Below are positions 40,210 through 50,920 of a DNA stretch of 64,000 nt, piece by piece (the stretch's first letter is position 1; each line of letters starts with the position of its first letter). The notes under the pieces were generated by a model. That model saw only the letters and a program-made list of their open reading frames with translations. It had not been told where the DNA came from and did not search any database. Made by a program: the position numbers and the translations under genes. Source of the stretch: Atribacterota bacterium (GTDB lineage: Bacteria; Atribacterota; Phoenicimicrobiia; Phoenicimicrobiales; Stramentimicrobiaceae); the NCBI GenBank assembly GCA_040767965.1, contig JAXGNR010000008.1, positions 32,001 to 96,000 of the forward strand. Direction: 5' to 3'.

Positions 40210-41382
40210 ATGCCTATTATTTCGTTTAAAGATACTGCTGACTATAATGAACTGACAAAATTGTTAGCAGATTTAATTAGTATTGAAAGTGTAAATCCAG
40301 GATATCCCGGATATACTAAAGCAGAAAAAGAAATAGCTGATTACATATTTAGCTATTGCAAAAAATTAAAAGTTGACTGTATCCTTGACGAAGTCTTACC
40401 TGGACGCTCTAATGTAATTTGTCACATTCCCGGAAAAGACAAAAGAGGCCTGTGTCTAGAGTCTCACATGGACACAGTATCTATTCAAAATATGGACATT
40501 GATCCATTAAACCCAGTAATCAAAGAAGGGAAAATGTATGGCAGAGGAAGTGCAGATGATAAAGGTTCCCTTGCTGCCATGATGATGACCCTAAAAAATA
40601 TTACCAGTTTTAATTTAAAACCTTCCACAGATTTGTATTTTGTAGCTGCAGCTGATGAAGAATTCCAACATAGAGGAGTTGATCATTTTTTACAGAAAGG
40701 AATTGATTTACAAGGAGCAGTTGTTGGAGAGCCAACCCAATTAAATGTGATTAGCGCCTGTAAGGGAGTTGTCAGATGGAAAATTACCAGTAAAGGCCTT
40801 GCTGGACACAGCTCAAGACCAGAAGAGGGCCATAATGCAATATATGATATGGTAGATTTAATTAACTTGCTGAAAAATAAACTTATTCCTGATTTCCAGC
40901 ATAGAAAACACACATTATTGGGGAATCCCAGCTTAAGCGTTGGTTGCATTAAAGGAGGAAGTGCGGTAAATATTATTCCTGATGAGTGTGCAATTGAAGT
41001 TGATAGGAGGCTGCTCCCTGGAGAAACAAGAGAAAGTGCCAAAAATGAAATTTTACAGCTAATAGAAATTCTGTCCAGAGAAAAAGAAATTAAAGAGATC
41101 CTAATTTCTGAACCTACTACTTATGCCATGCCGGTAGATACAAACCAAAATGAATCGATTGTAAAGACTGCCTTACAGGTTTGCGAAAACATTCTTGGCT
41201 ATTCTGATTTAAAGGGAGTAGATTTTGGTTGTGATGCCTCATCTTTTACAGAAAAAGGAATTCCTTCCATTGTATTTGGTCCGGGAAATATCTTACAAGC
41301 CCATACAAAAGATGAATATGTAACCCTGGAAGAAGTTTACAAGGCTGCAGAAATCTACAGTCAAATTTGTATTAATTTTTAA
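40210..41382 (+). CDS. M20 metallopeptidase (ArgE/DapE-like deacylase)
   Basis: SHMDTV, GRGSADDKG, DEE, GEPT, GHSSRP, GPG...AHT.DE. Confidence 0.9.
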   Translation: MPIISFKDTADYNELTKLLADLISIESVNPGYPGYTKAEKEIADYIFSYCKKLKVDCILDEVLPGRSNVICHIPGKDKRGLCLESHMDTVSIQNMDIDPLNPVIKEGKMYGRGSADDKGSLAAMMMTLKNITSFNLKPSTDLYFVAAADEEFQHRGVDHFLQKGIDLQGAVVGEPTQLNVISACKGVVRWKITSKGLAGHSSRPEEGHNAIYDMVDLINLLKNKLIPDFQHRKHTLLGNPSLSVGCIKGGSAVNIIPDECAIEVDRRLLPGETRESAKNEILQLIEILSREKEIKEILISEPTTYAMPVDTNQNESIVKTALQVCENILGYSDLKGVDFGCDASSFTEKGIPSIVFGPGNILQAHTKDEYVTLEEVYKAAEIYSQICINF

Positions 41383-41447
41383 TTTTTTAATATTGATATT
41401 GAAATATTTTAAATAAAACATCTTTATCAGATAAGGAGAATTTATAG

Positions 41448-42485
41448 ATGTCTATTAATTTAAGAAGCGATACACAAACCATGCCAACAGAAGAAATGCT
41501 TGATGCAATGAGAAATGCCCAGTTAGGAGACGATGTTTTTGGAGAAGATCCAACAGTTAACCGACTGGAAAAATTATCTGCTGATAGACTGGGAAAAGAA
41601 GCGGCATTGTTTGTCAGCAGTGGAACTATGGGTAATCTTTGCGCTCTTATGAGCCATACTCAACCTGGTGATGAGGTTATTTTAGAAAAAGAGTCGCATA
41701 TTTATTATTATGAAGTTGGCGGTTTTTCCAGAATAGCAGGACTGTCACCCCGATTGGTTCCCAGCATAAACGGCATTATGAATCTGGAAAACATTAAATC
41801 TGTCTTAAGACCGGCTGATATTCATTTTCCTGCCCCAAGTTTATTGTGCCTGGAAAATTCACACAACAGAGGTGGAGGAACTATTTATTCAGTAGAACAG
41901 ATGGATGAAATTAGTAATTTTGCTCATGATTTAAATTTCAAAGTACACGTAGACGGTGCTCGTATTTTTAATGCTGCAGTTGCTTTAGGTGTGGATGTGA
42001 AAAGATTGGTTAAAGAAATTGATTCAGTAATGTTTTGTCTTTCTAAAGGACTTAGCGCCCCGGTTGGTTCTGTGCTGGTGGGAAGCAAATTATTTATAAC
42101 CAAAGCCAGAAAAGCCAGAAAATTATTGGGAGGGGGCATGAGACAGGCAGGAGTTTTAGCAGCTGCTGGAATTATTGCCCTGGAGAAAATGGTTGATAGA
42201 CTAAAAGAAGACCATTTAAATGCTCGATATATTGCTGAAGAATTAAAAAATACTGCAGGATTGGATGTAGATTTAGATAGTGTTCAGACTAATATGGTTT
42301 ACTGTAATACCGGCCAGCTTAAAGTATCCCCGGAAGAGTTTGTAGTACAGCTGAATCAAGAGGGAGTACAGGTGCTTCCAATGCCTCCTAATAAAATTAG
42401 GATAGTTGTAAACAGACATATTTCTCAGGAAGATGCAATAGAGGCAGTAAGGATAATTAAAAAAATTACTGCAAAAAATATTTAA
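41448..42485 (+). CDS. ltaE: Low-specificity L-threonine aldolase
   Basis: LRSDT, GDDVFGEDPT, SGTMGN, DGARIFNA, CLSKGLSAPVGS, GGGMRQAG. Confidence 0.93.
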   Translation: MSINLRSDTQTMPTEEMLDAMRNAQLGDDVFGEDPTVNRLEKLSADRLGKEAALFVSSGTMGNLCALMSHTQPGDEVILEKESHIYYYEVGGFSRIAGLSPRLVPSINGIMNLENIKSVLRPADIHFPAPSLLCLENSHNRGGGTIYSVEQMDEISNFAHDLNFKVHVDGARIFNAAVALGVDVKRLVKEIDSVMFCLSKGLSAPVGSVLVGSKLFITKARKARKLLGGGMRQAGVLAAAGIIALEKMVDRLKEDHLNARYIAEELKNTAGLDVDLDSVQTNMVYCNTGQLKVSPEEFVVQLNQEGVQVLPMPPNKIRIVVNRHISQEDAIEAVRIIKKITAKNI

Positions 42486-42563
42486 AATATTTTAAGAAAT
42501 AGAAGCTGGTCTCTTCCAATTTAAAACTTTAGGAAGACACCAGTTATATTTTTATATCGTGAG

Positions 42564-43193
42564 TTGTACATGATCAATAAAGAATATCAATTAATAAAAG
42601 AATTTTTTAAGAATAACCTTTATGTACTAATAGTATTAGGATTAACTACTTTTTCCCTGGTTATGCAATGGTATCGACCAATCAGCGCTTCCTTGGTGAT
42701 CAGTAATATTATCTATTATTTTCTTTTGCCAATATTGGTTATAATATTTATCTTTAAAGAAAGCCTTCTTGATTTTGGATTGGGAATTGGCGATTTTCGT
42801 ATCTGGCTGTTCTACTTTTTTATTACAGTACTAATTGGATTACCGGTATTATTTTTTGCTTCAAAATTTTATTCTGTCAATCAATATTATTCCTTAAAAT
42901 TCAATTATTATGATTTTCTTATTTCTTCGGTACCCATTTTATTTGTGTGGGAATTTTTACTGAGGGGTTTTTTATTATTCGGTTTAAAAAAACACTTTGG
43001 TCAGGCAAGTATTATTATACAAATGGTACCTTTTGTACTAATGCATTTGGGTAAACCCGAAGTTGAAACTATTTCATGCATTTTAACTGGATTATGGTTT
43101 GGCTGGATTGCTTATCGCAGTAATTCTTTCTGGCCAGCTTTTTTAATTCATGTTTTCATTAATTTTTCAGTGAAATTGTTTGTAAATTTTTAA
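42564..43193 (+). CDS. CPBP/Abi (CAAX-like) intramembrane glutamic protease
   Basis: WEFLLRG, F.LMH, H...N motifs. Confidence 0.85.
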   Translation: MYMINKEYQLIKEFFKNNLYVLIVLGLTTFSLVMQWYRPISASLVISNIIYYFLLPILVIIFIFKESLLDFGLGIGDFRIWLFYFFITVLIGLPVLFFASKFYSVNQYYSLKFNYYDFLISSVPILFVWEFLLRGFLLFGLKKHFGQASIIIQMVPFVLMHLGKPEVETISCILTGLWFGWIAYRSNSFWPAFLIHVFINFSVKLFVNF

Positions 43194-43255
43194 TGAAAAT
43201 ATGATAAAAATATATAAAGTAGTAAAAAATAATCTTTTTAAATGAGGGATAAGCA

Positions 43256-44620
43256 ATGAAAATGAGAACTGAACAGGACAGTATGGGTAAGATAAAAGTG
43301 CCGGTAGATAAACTATGGGGAGCACAAACCCAACGTAGCTTTATTAATTTTCAGATTGGAATTGAGAAGATGCCCATGGAAATAATAAGATCATTTGCTG
43401 TTTTAAAAAAAGCTGCTGCTTTGGTAAACAGTGATTTAGGGCAACTAGAAAAGGCAGTTGGTAATACTATTGCTATGGTTTGTGATGAGATTTTAGAAGG
43501 GAAATGGGATGATCATTTTCCTTTAGTAGTCTGGCAAACCGGGAGCGGTACACAAACAAATATGAATGTTAATGAAGTAATTGCCAATAGGGCAAATCAG
43601 ATTTTGAATAAAAAAATAGTTCATCCCAATGATCATGTTAATAAATCCCAAAGCTCTAATGATACTTTTCCAACTGCTATGCATATCTGTGCGGCAATTG
43701 ATCTGGAAAAAAAATTATTACCTGTAATTTCATTATTAAAAAATATTTTAAAGCAGAAAATGGAAGAATATCAGCATATTATTAAAACAGGAAGAACTCA
43801 TTTGCAGGATGCGGTACCGCTTACCCTGGGACAGGAAATAAGTGGTTGGCTGCGTATGGTAGAAAGAAGTGAAGAGTTTATCAGGAATGGTCTTGAGAAA
43901 TTAAAAGATCTGGCTTTAGGTGGAACGGCTGTGGGGACCGGTTTAAATGCTCATCCTGAGTTTGGAAGCAAAGCTGCCCTGGCTATTGCAGATATTTCGG
44001 GAATTAACTTTCAAACTGCTCCAAATAAATTTCATTCTTTAACTAGTCTGGATGAGCTGGTATTTGCCCATGGTGCTGTAAAATCTCTGGCGGTTGATTT
44101 AATGAAAATTGCCAACGATATTCGCTGGTTATCCAGCGGGCCACGCTGTGGAATAGGAGAATTAAATATACCTGCCAATGAACCAGGAAGCTCTATCATG
44201 CCAGGAAAAATAAACCCTACTCAATGTGAAGCAGTTACTATGGTAGCAGTGCAGGTGATAGGCAATGATGTTACTATTGGCATAGCTGCCAGTCAGGGAA
44301 ATTTTGAATTAAATGTTTTCTTACCGGTGACTATCTATAATTTTTTACAATCAGTCAGATTGTTGACAGATTCAATTTCCTCTTTTACTGAAAATTGTCT
44401 TAAAGGGCTTTCGCCTAATATTGAGAAAATTAATTATTATCTGCAAAATTCCTTGATGTTGGTTACTGCCTTAAATCCTGTTATCGGGTATGACAAAGCA
44501 GCTAAAATTGCCCAGAAAGCTCACATTGAAGGGATAACGCTAAAAGAAGCTGCTATCCAGTTGGGATTTTTAGCGGCAGATGAGTTCGACAGGATAGTTG
44601 ATCCTCAAAAAATGGTTTAA
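43256..44620 (+). CDS. fumC: Fumarate hydratase class II
   Basis: [43 protein letters not shown]. Confidence 0.96.
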   Translation: MKMRTEQDSMGKIKVPVDKLWGAQTQRSFINFQIGIEKMPMEIIRSFAVLKKAAALVNSDLGQLEKAVGNTIAMVCDEILEGKWDDHFPLVVWQTGSGTQTNMNVNEVIANRANQILNKKIVHPNDHVNKSQSSNDTFPTAMHICAAIDLEKKLLPVISLLKNILKQKMEEYQHIIKTGRTHLQDAVPLTLGQEISGWLRMVERSEEFIRNGLEKLKDLALGGTAVGTGLNAHPEFGSKAALAIADISGINFQTAPNKFHSLTSLDELVFAHGAVKSLAVDLMKIANDIRWLSSGPRCGIGELNIPANEPGSSIMPGKINPTQCEAVTMVAVQVIGNDVTIGIAASQGNFELNVFLPVTIYNFLQSVRLLTDSISSFTENCLKGLSPNIEKINYYLQNSLMLVTALNPVIGYDKAAKIAQKAHIEGITLKEAAIQLGFLAADEFDRIVDPQKMV

Positions 44621-44695
44621 TAAATGATAAAAAGTAAAAAATAATTAATTACCGAGATTACTGAGAATAAATATTTTTTTGTATAATAAAAATAT

Positions 44696-45121
44696 TTATT
44701 GATATGTAAATAATTCTTTATCAGACATATTAAGTATTTGTTGTCCTAAATCTTCACAGGTATCTTTTTCGAAATCAAGTAGCTTAATTATCTCAGGTTT
44801 CAAAAGTATAGTGAGGCTTTTGTTGTTTGATTCAAAAAGAGCTTTGATGGTTTCCGGGTTATTTTTAACTTCAATATTCCCTTTGCCCATAGTGCATCCG
44901 GTAGAAATTTGCAGCCCATCTATCAAGCAGGAAGCAGGAGGTTGATATTTCAATTCTGCCTTCACAGTTAAATCAAAATAACCTTTAGCATCTAAGATTT
45001 CCAGGGCAGATAATCCCATTTTTATACCTAAATTAAGATATGGTCCGGCATGTCCATGCAGCTTTGTTCCTCGGCTAATCATATCATCTATATTATTACG
45101 GTTAATGCTAAGTTTTATCAT
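44696..45121 (-). CDS. FmdE-family protein
   Basis: HGH.GP...LG, C.IDGLQ..TGCT.GKGN. Confidence 0.85.
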   Translation of the reverse strand: MIKLSINRNNIDDMISRGTKLHGHAGPYLNLGIKMGLSALEILDAKGYFDLTVKAELKYQPPASCLIDGLQISTGCTMGKGNIEVKNNPETIKALFESNNKSLTILLKPEIIKLLDFEKDTCEDLGQQILNMSDKELFTYQ

Positions 45122-45171
45122 TAAAAACTCCTTTAAATATGCAAGATTAATTTTTAGTATAAGTCATGTAA

Positions 45172-45198
45172 GTGTTACAAAAAAAATAAAAGTAACAT
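45172..45198. promoter_or_regulatory. Candidate NikR operator upstream of fmdE-like gene
   Basis: GTGTTAC-N13-GTAACAT just downstream of minus-strand TTGACA-16-TAGTAT promoter (45239-45212). Confidence 0.5.
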
Positions 45199-45410
45199 TC
45201 TAACATATCTGATACTATCATAATCAGGTTAAATGTCAAGCTAGACAAAATCATTATTTTTTTAAAATTTTTTAAATATATTGTAATTTTTTTTATTAAC
45301 CAAAACAAGATAGTTGCAATCGGGAAATTGTTATACTAAAATAAAATTAATCTCAATGCAACAACAAAAAGAATTAATAAAGTTATTCTATGGGCATGAG
45401 GTAATAATAA

Positions 45411-45938
45411 ATGCAATCTTCGCTAGAAGAATATATTGAAGATTTAATAAAAAGATATCAAGCCCACTATAATGTAGAAGTAAATAAGAATATTGCTGGA
45501 AAAAACTTGGATATCTTTGCTATTTCTCTCATTGAGCACTTTCGCCATATCCTCACAAAAAAAATAAAAATTGATCATTATCAGGAAAAAGAGATTATTT
45601 TAGTAAAAGGAATTGATAAATTGGTTGATGTGGAAGAAGTGAAAGAATTTAGCCAGTTCCTTATCAAGGCCTCTCAGGAATTAATCAGCCCTTCCCTGGA
45701 TATAATGTCTCATACTATCAATGGAATAATTGTATCTTCCCAGGGATTTTCCCAAGAAGCAACCAATACTGCTAAAAGATTCCGCTATGGAAAAACATTT
45801 TTTCTGGGAATTAAAGGATGGTTTGACATTAGATTTCTCTTAATAGATCTGAAAAACAGTTGTATAAATTGTAATGCCAAAGGAAATGAAATTTATGAAG
45901 TCTATGATTTCCAGAAAAGAAAGGAGGGGATAAATTAA
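45411..45938 (+). CDS. Hypothetical protein upstream of cstA
   Basis: 175-aa ORF with RBS GAGG; no recognised motif. Confidence 0.7.
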   Translation: MQSSLEEYIEDLIKRYQAHYNVEVNKNIAGKNLDIFAISLIEHFRHILTKKIKIDHYQEKEIILVKGIDKLVDVEEVKEFSQFLIKASQELISPSLDIMSHTINGIIVSSQGFSQEATNTAKRFRYGKTFFLGIKGWFDIRFLLIDLKNSCINCNAKGNEIYEVYDFQKRKEGIN

Positions 45939-46030
45939 TTATTTTTATAGAAACAATAAATAATTAATAATTAGTTTTAAATGCTGCTTTCTTTGATTTA
46001 TTGATTTTTATTTTAGGGAGGTTTCTATTA

Positions 46031-47650
46031 ATGAATCTTTTAACTATACTAATATTAGCAGTCATTGTCTATATTATTGCTTATTTTGTTTATGGAAGTT
46101 TTCTGGATAAACTAGTTTCTATTGATCCAAAAGCTAAAACTCCTGCCCATGCCATGAATGATGGTGTTGACTATGTCCCTGCGAAAGCCCCGGTGTTATT
46201 AGGCCATCATTTTGCCTCTATTGCAGGAGCTGGACCTATTACCGGACCAATCGCCGCTATTGTGTTTGGGTGGCTGCCTTGTTTTCTCTGGATTGTACTG
46301 GGTTGTGTTTTTGTAGGTGGAGTACACGATTATTTTGGTTTGATTACTTCTGCACGACACAAAGGGAAATCAGTAGGTGAGATTATCGGACAGTATGTAG
46401 GTAAGAAAGCACGAATATGGTTTTTGTTATTTGCCTGGTTAACGTTAGTATTAGTGGTTGCAGTCTTTACAATATTAACTGCAGCAGCCTTTGCAGCCAA
46501 TGGCTCTGTAGCCACCGCAGGATTTCTCATGCTGCTTATTGCTATGGGGATGGGTTATGGAATGTACCGGGCAAATATGAGTTTGCCTATTGTAACTGTT
46601 ATTGGAGTTATTTTACTTTTTGTTTCAATTTGGATTGGTTTAAATTATCCCTTCTTATTTTTTAACCAGATTACATGGACCTGGATTTTAATAGTGTACA
46701 TTTTCTTAGCTGCTACCCTACCAGTCTGGATTTTGTTACAGCCTAGAGATTATCTTTCATCATTTTTGCTTTATGTAGCTTTAATAGGTGGTTTTCTCGG
46801 TATAATAATTGTAAGACCTGTTCTTGTATACCCTGCAGTAACCACTTTTAGAACCGGAACAGGGTTTTTATTCCCCATGCTATTTGTTACTATTGCCTGT
46901 GGTGCAGTTTCCGGATTCCATTCTATGGTTGCCTCAGGTACAACTGCAAAACAATTGGATAATGAAAAAGATACCAGAATGGTTGGTTATGGAGCTATGC
47001 TCATCGAAGGAGTTTTAGCGGTAATAGCCCTGGGAACTGCTGCTATCTTGACTAGAGAAGGGATGGCCACTGGCCTTGCTGAATGGGGAGGAGCAGTTGG
47101 AATATTTGCACACGGTTTAGGGAAGTTTATGGCTGGTTTTGGTGTACCTGAACAAACAGGTGTTGTCTTTGGTTCTTTGACAATTTCTGCTTTTTTAATT
47201 ACTTCTTTAGACACTGCTACCCGTTTAGGAAGGTATTGTTTTGAAGAGTTAACATCGGAGAAAATGCCTTCAATCTCTAATCGTTATGTGGGAACAATCG
47301 TGACAGTTGTTGCAGGGGGTGCTTTAGCAATGAGCGGACAATGGAGTGCAATCTGGCCGATATTTGGTTCAGCAAATCAGTTGCTTGCTGGTTTAGCCTT
47401 ACTGAGTGCAACTGCCTGGCTGGCACATTTGGGTAAAGACTTTAAAGCTACTTATTATCCTATGGTTTTTATGATGCTGGTTACCATAGCAGCATTGATT
47501 AACCTGGTATTTACCAACTTTGGCAAAGGTAATTTTTTACTTGCTTCCATTTCCATTCTGCTCTTATTCCTAGCCAGTTTTGTTGTGTATGGAGGATTCC
47601 AGGCTTTAGGAAAATTAAAAGAGATTAAAGCAAGCCAGGTAAAAAAATAA
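46031..47650 (+). CDS. cstA: Carbon starvation protein A (peptide/pyruvate transporter)
   Basis: DG.DYVP, GHHFASIAGAGP, GGVHD, LLQPRDYL, IACGAVSGFH, FGSANQLLA; ATG 46031 has RBS GGGAGG. Confidence 0.93.
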   Translation: MNLLTILILAVIVYIIAYFVYGSFLDKLVSIDPKAKTPAHAMNDGVDYVPAKAPVLLGHHFASIAGAGPITGPIAAIVFGWLPCFLWIVLGCVFVGGVHDYFGLITSARHKGKSVGEIIGQYVGKKARIWFLLFAWLTLVLVVAVFTILTAAAFAANGSVATAGFLMLLIAMGMGYGMYRANMSLPIVTVIGVILLFVSIWIGLNYPFLFFNQITWTWILIVYIFLAATLPVWILLQPRDYLSSFLLYVALIGGFLGIIIVRPVLVYPAVTTFRTGTGFLFPMLFVTIACGAVSGFHSMVASGTTAKQLDNEKDTRMVGYGAMLIEGVLAVIALGTAAILTREGMATGLAEWGGAVGIFAHGLGKFMAGFGVPEQTGVVFGSLTISAFLITSLDTATRLGRYCFEELTSEKMPSISNRYVGTIVTVVAGGALAMSGQWSAIWPIFGSANQLLAGLALLSATAWLAHLGKDFKATYYPMVFMMLVTIAALINLVFTNFGKGNFLLASISILLLFLASFVVYGGFQALGKLKEIKASQVKK

Positions 47651-47675
47651 AGAATATTTCTTTAATATATTTAAT

Positions 47676-47721
47676 AATTCAATAAAAGAGGCTGACAACT
47701 GTCAGCCTCTTTTATTGAATT
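47676..47721 (+). terminator. Intrinsic terminator after cstA
   Basis: AATAAAAGAGGCTGACA/TGTCAGCCTCTTTTATT. Confidence 0.85.
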
Positions 47722-47821
47722 AAATTTGAATTATTATTGAAAATAAACAATAATACAGAAAGAAATATTTTTAAAGAGGCAATAAACAATTTTAATTTAA
47801 AAATGAGGAAAGAGAACAAAA

Positions 47822-48808
47822 TTGCAGCCTAAGAAAGTAAATGATTTAGAAATTCCAGTTTTATATTATCTTTCTGATTATTGTTTTATATCCGGAAAAG
47901 AATTAAGCAATTCTTTGGGCATATCCAGAGTAGCTGTTTGGAAACAAATACAAAAATTAAAAAAATTAGGCTATCAGATTATTGCCAGCGGCAAGGATGG
48001 TTATAAAATCACTTCTCGTCCTGACATCCTGTTGGCTGCTGAGGTTTCTAAAATGATAAAAACAAAAGATATTGCAAAAAAAATATTTTATTACAAGAAA
48101 GTGGATTCCACCAATTCCCTGGCCAAGCAATTATTAAAAAATGAAAATAATAACCTTCCAGAAGGAACAGTATTAATTGCCAGAGAACAGACTGCTGGCA
48201 GAGGAAGATTAGGTAGAAACTGGTATTCACCTAAAGGAGGAGTCTGGTTTACCATTATATTATTTCCTGATCTTGAGCCGGCTTATATAAGCAGAATAAC
48301 TTTGATGTCTGCTGTTGTTCTGGTTAATTCCCTGAAAACTCTTTATAACTTAAAGCCTAAAATAAAATGGCCTAATGATATTATTTTCGAAGGTCAAAAA
48401 ATAGCCGGTATACTAACAGAAATGTCTGCAGAGGCGGATAAGATTAACTATATACTGATAGGAATTGGAATTAATGCTAATCTGCAAACAGATTGGTTTC
48501 CCTCAGAGATCAGGAAACAGTCAATCTCCCTAGCAGAAATTTTGCAAAAGCCTGTTTCCAAAGTACAATTACTCCGATTGATATTAGAGAATTTTGAAAA
48601 ATATTATTCTATTTTAAAGAAAAGACAATTTTCTCTAATATTGGAAGAATGGAAACAAAATACTGAAACGCTTGGTAAATATGTTACTATTATGTCTGGA
48701 GAGAAAACTACTTCAGGCAAGGTCATAGATATTAAACTGGATGGTTCACTGATCATTAAAGAAGATAATGGTAATTTGCAGAATATCTTATCCGGGACTC
48801 TATTATAA
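47822..48808 (+). CDS. birA: Bifunctional biotin ligase/repressor
   Basis: HTH SG..LS..LGISRVAVWK, DSTN, QTAGRGRLGR.W, KWPND, KIAGIL. Confidence 0.95.
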   Translation: MQPKKVNDLEIPVLYYLSDYCFISGKELSNSLGISRVAVWKQIQKLKKLGYQIIASGKDGYKITSRPDILLAAEVSKMIKTKDIAKKIFYYKKVDSTNSLAKQLLKNENNNLPEGTVLIAREQTAGRGRLGRNWYSPKGGVWFTIILFPDLEPAYISRITLMSAVVLVNSLKTLYNLKPKIKWPNDIIFEGQKIAGILTEMSAEADKINYILIGIGINANLQTDWFPSEIRKQSISLAEILQKPVSKVQLLRLILENFEKYYSILKKRQFSLILEEWKQNTETLGKYVTIMSGEKTTSGKVIDIKLDGSLIIKEDNGNLQNILSGTLL

Positions 48809-48829
48809 TTTCTTCAGCTTAATAAATAA

Positions 48830-48868
48830 TTGACAGATCAGTTAACTAAAATTATTATAGAAGTTAAC
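48830..48868 (+). promoter_or_regulatory. bioY promoter with BirA operator
   Basis: TTGACA-17-TATTAT overlapped by GTTAAC-N16-GTTAAC (48841-48868). Confidence 0.8.
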
Positions 48869-48889
48869 CATATTTAGCGAGAAGCTGCA

Positions 48890-49438
48890 ATGTTCTTAAA
48901 AAAGATTACCTTGAAAGATATATCTATTGCCTCTTTGCTTGCTTCTTTAACAGCATTAGGTGCTTTTATAATAATTCCTTTATATCCTGTTCCTATTACT
49001 CTCCAAAACCTTTTTACTTATTTGGCAGCTATGGTGTTCGGGAAAAAAATTGGACTTTTAAGTCAAATTATTTATATTTCAATGGGCATAGCTGGGCTAC
49101 CGGTATTTGCTGCAGGTAAAACAGGTTTAGGAATACTCTTTGGGCCAACCGGAGGATATCTGTGGGGTTTTATAATTTCTGCCTATATCATTGGCTTTCT
49201 GGTAGAAAAGAATAATTTACGTCAAAAGGAACATTTCTTTTATTGTGGGTTGCTGGGAGCAACTATCATCAATCTATTTGGAGCGTTACAATTGTATTTG
49301 GTGACCAGACTCAGCATAACCGCTATTTTATTTACAGGTGTAATACCTTTTTTCCCTGGAGATCTTATAAAAGTAATTTTAGCAGCAATTCTCAGCTATA
49401 AATTAAAATTAATACTTACTTCTCAGAGAGCGATATGA
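48890..49438 (+). CDS. bioY: Biotin transporter BioY
   Basis: PVPITLQ, GLPVF, GPTGGYL.GF, PF.PGDLIK. Confidence 0.94.
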   Translation: MFLKKITLKDISIASLLASLTALGAFIIIPLYPVPITLQNLFTYLAAMVFGKKIGLLSQIIYISMGIAGLPVFAAGKTGLGILFGPTGGYLWGFIISAYIIGFLVEKNNLRQKEHFFYCGLLGATIINLFGALQLYLVTRLSITAILFTGVIPFFPGDLIKVILAAILSYKLKLILTSQRAI

Positions 49439-49456
49439 TATAATTCACATATAAAA

Positions 49457-49534
<78 letters not shown>

Positions 49535-49683
49535 TAAATTTTTTCTTTACATAAAAATACTTTCAAAAATTAATTATTTTATTCAAAAAATACAATTAAT
49601 AAATCCAGAATATATTTATCTGCTTTTTCAAGGCCGAATTTTATGATAATATCATAATACATAATATTAAGGAGGTAATAGTT

Positions 49684-50205
49684 ATGAGCAATCAAAAAAA
49701 AGTGGCCATCCTGGCTGAAGAAATATATGAAGATCAGGAGCTATGGTACCCTTATTTAAGGTTAAAAGAAGCCGGTTATGATGTACAAATAGTCGCTCCT
49801 GAGAAAAAGATTTACCATAGCAAACACCAATATCCAATTTTAGCTGATATAGCAGTTGCAGAAGCAAAAGCTGAAGATTTTATCGGTGTTATTGTGCCAG
49901 GAGGGTATGCCCCTGATCACTTGAGACGATATCCGAAGATATTAAATTTCGTGCGGGAAATATTTGAAAATAATGGTCTGGTTGCAGCAATCTGTCATGC
50001 TGGTTGGGTTTTGGCCTCAGCTGGAATACTAGAAGGTAAAAATGCAACCTGTTTTATTGCTATTAAAGATGATATGGTTAATGCCGGTGCTAACTTTATA
50101 GACCAGGAAGTAGTAATAGACAATAATTTAGTTACTTCACGTACTCCAAGGGACCTGCCAGCTTTCTTGCCGGCTATCCTGAAAGTGTTAGAAGGATTAA
50201 AATAA
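49684..50205 (+). CDS. PfpI/DJ-1 family protein
   Basis: YEDQEL.YP, PGGYAPD, AAICHAG, TSR.P.DLP. Confidence 0.92.
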   Translation: MSNQKKVAILAEEIYEDQELWYPYLRLKEAGYDVQIVAPEKKIYHSKHQYPILADIAVAEAKAEDFIGVIVPGGYAPDHLRRYPKILNFVREIFENNGLVAAICHAGWVLASAGILEGKNATCFIAIKDDMVNAGANFIDQEVVIDNNLVTSRTPRDLPAFLPAILKVLEGLK

Positions 50206-50248
50206 GAAATACTTTAAAATTTGAAAAACTTGTACTGGAAATAAGCTA

Positions 50249-50920
50249 ATGCGAAAAATAGTATTGACAGTTTTTCCATATCTTCTTTTGATTTTGGTTA
50301 CCTTGTTCTTGAGTATAATATGGTGGCCGGCAGATGGTGGTTTTGTGCAATTAACCAATTCCTGGATTGGCCTGTTTTTCGTAGCTGTATTTTGTATTAT
50401 TTTTCTTTTACAGGATGAGATCTATCATTTGCTGGATTACCATTCTAAAAACAATTTTTTATTACCCAATGAACCATTACAAAAAAACAGAGAATTGCCT
50501 GCAATTATAAAAGATGAGCAAAAATTCCAAGAAATGATTTCTGGAACTGTGTTGGCCTGGATAGAAAAAATAAATGCAGAAAAAGAGGAAAAAGCTTTAC
50601 AAGAGGAAGATTTCTCTCAGGCTATTGAACAATTTAAAAGAACAAAAAAAGAAAACATCAAATGGCTTTTTCTTTTTGCTGATTGTTATTTAGTTCAACA
50701 AAGTAAGGATATTCTATATGAGATATATGAAAAACATTACCTGACTGAATCAATGTTCCAGGAGATTGCTGATGAAATAACAGCAGATAAAGAAGAGGTA
50801 AAAGTGACTTTAGAAGTATTGCAGCATCTAAAATTTATAAAAAAACAGGAAGAGGATATAATTATTACTGAAACAGGTTCGGCATATTGCTCTTATCTGG
50901 AATATGCCGAACAAAAATAA
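50249..50920 (+). CDS. Hypothetical membrane-anchored protein, possibly winged-helix C-terminus
   Basis: 2 N-terminal TM; C-terminal ITETG..Y. Confidence 0.6.
   Translation: MRKIVLTVFPYLLLILVTLFLSIIWWPADGGFVQLTNSWIGLFFVAVFCIIFLLQDEIYHLLDYHSKNNFLLPNEPLQKNRELPAIIKDEQKFQEMISGTVLAWIEKINAEKEEKALQEEDFSQAIEQFKRTKKENIKWLFLFADCYLVQQSKDILYEIYEKHYLTESMFQEIADEITADKEEVKVTLEVLQHLKFIKKQEEDIIITETGSAYCSYLEYAEQK

Noticed and set aside
42564-43193. Abi-named CPBP protein as phage defence
   Set aside because: The family name is historical; it is an intramembrane protease with no defence context here
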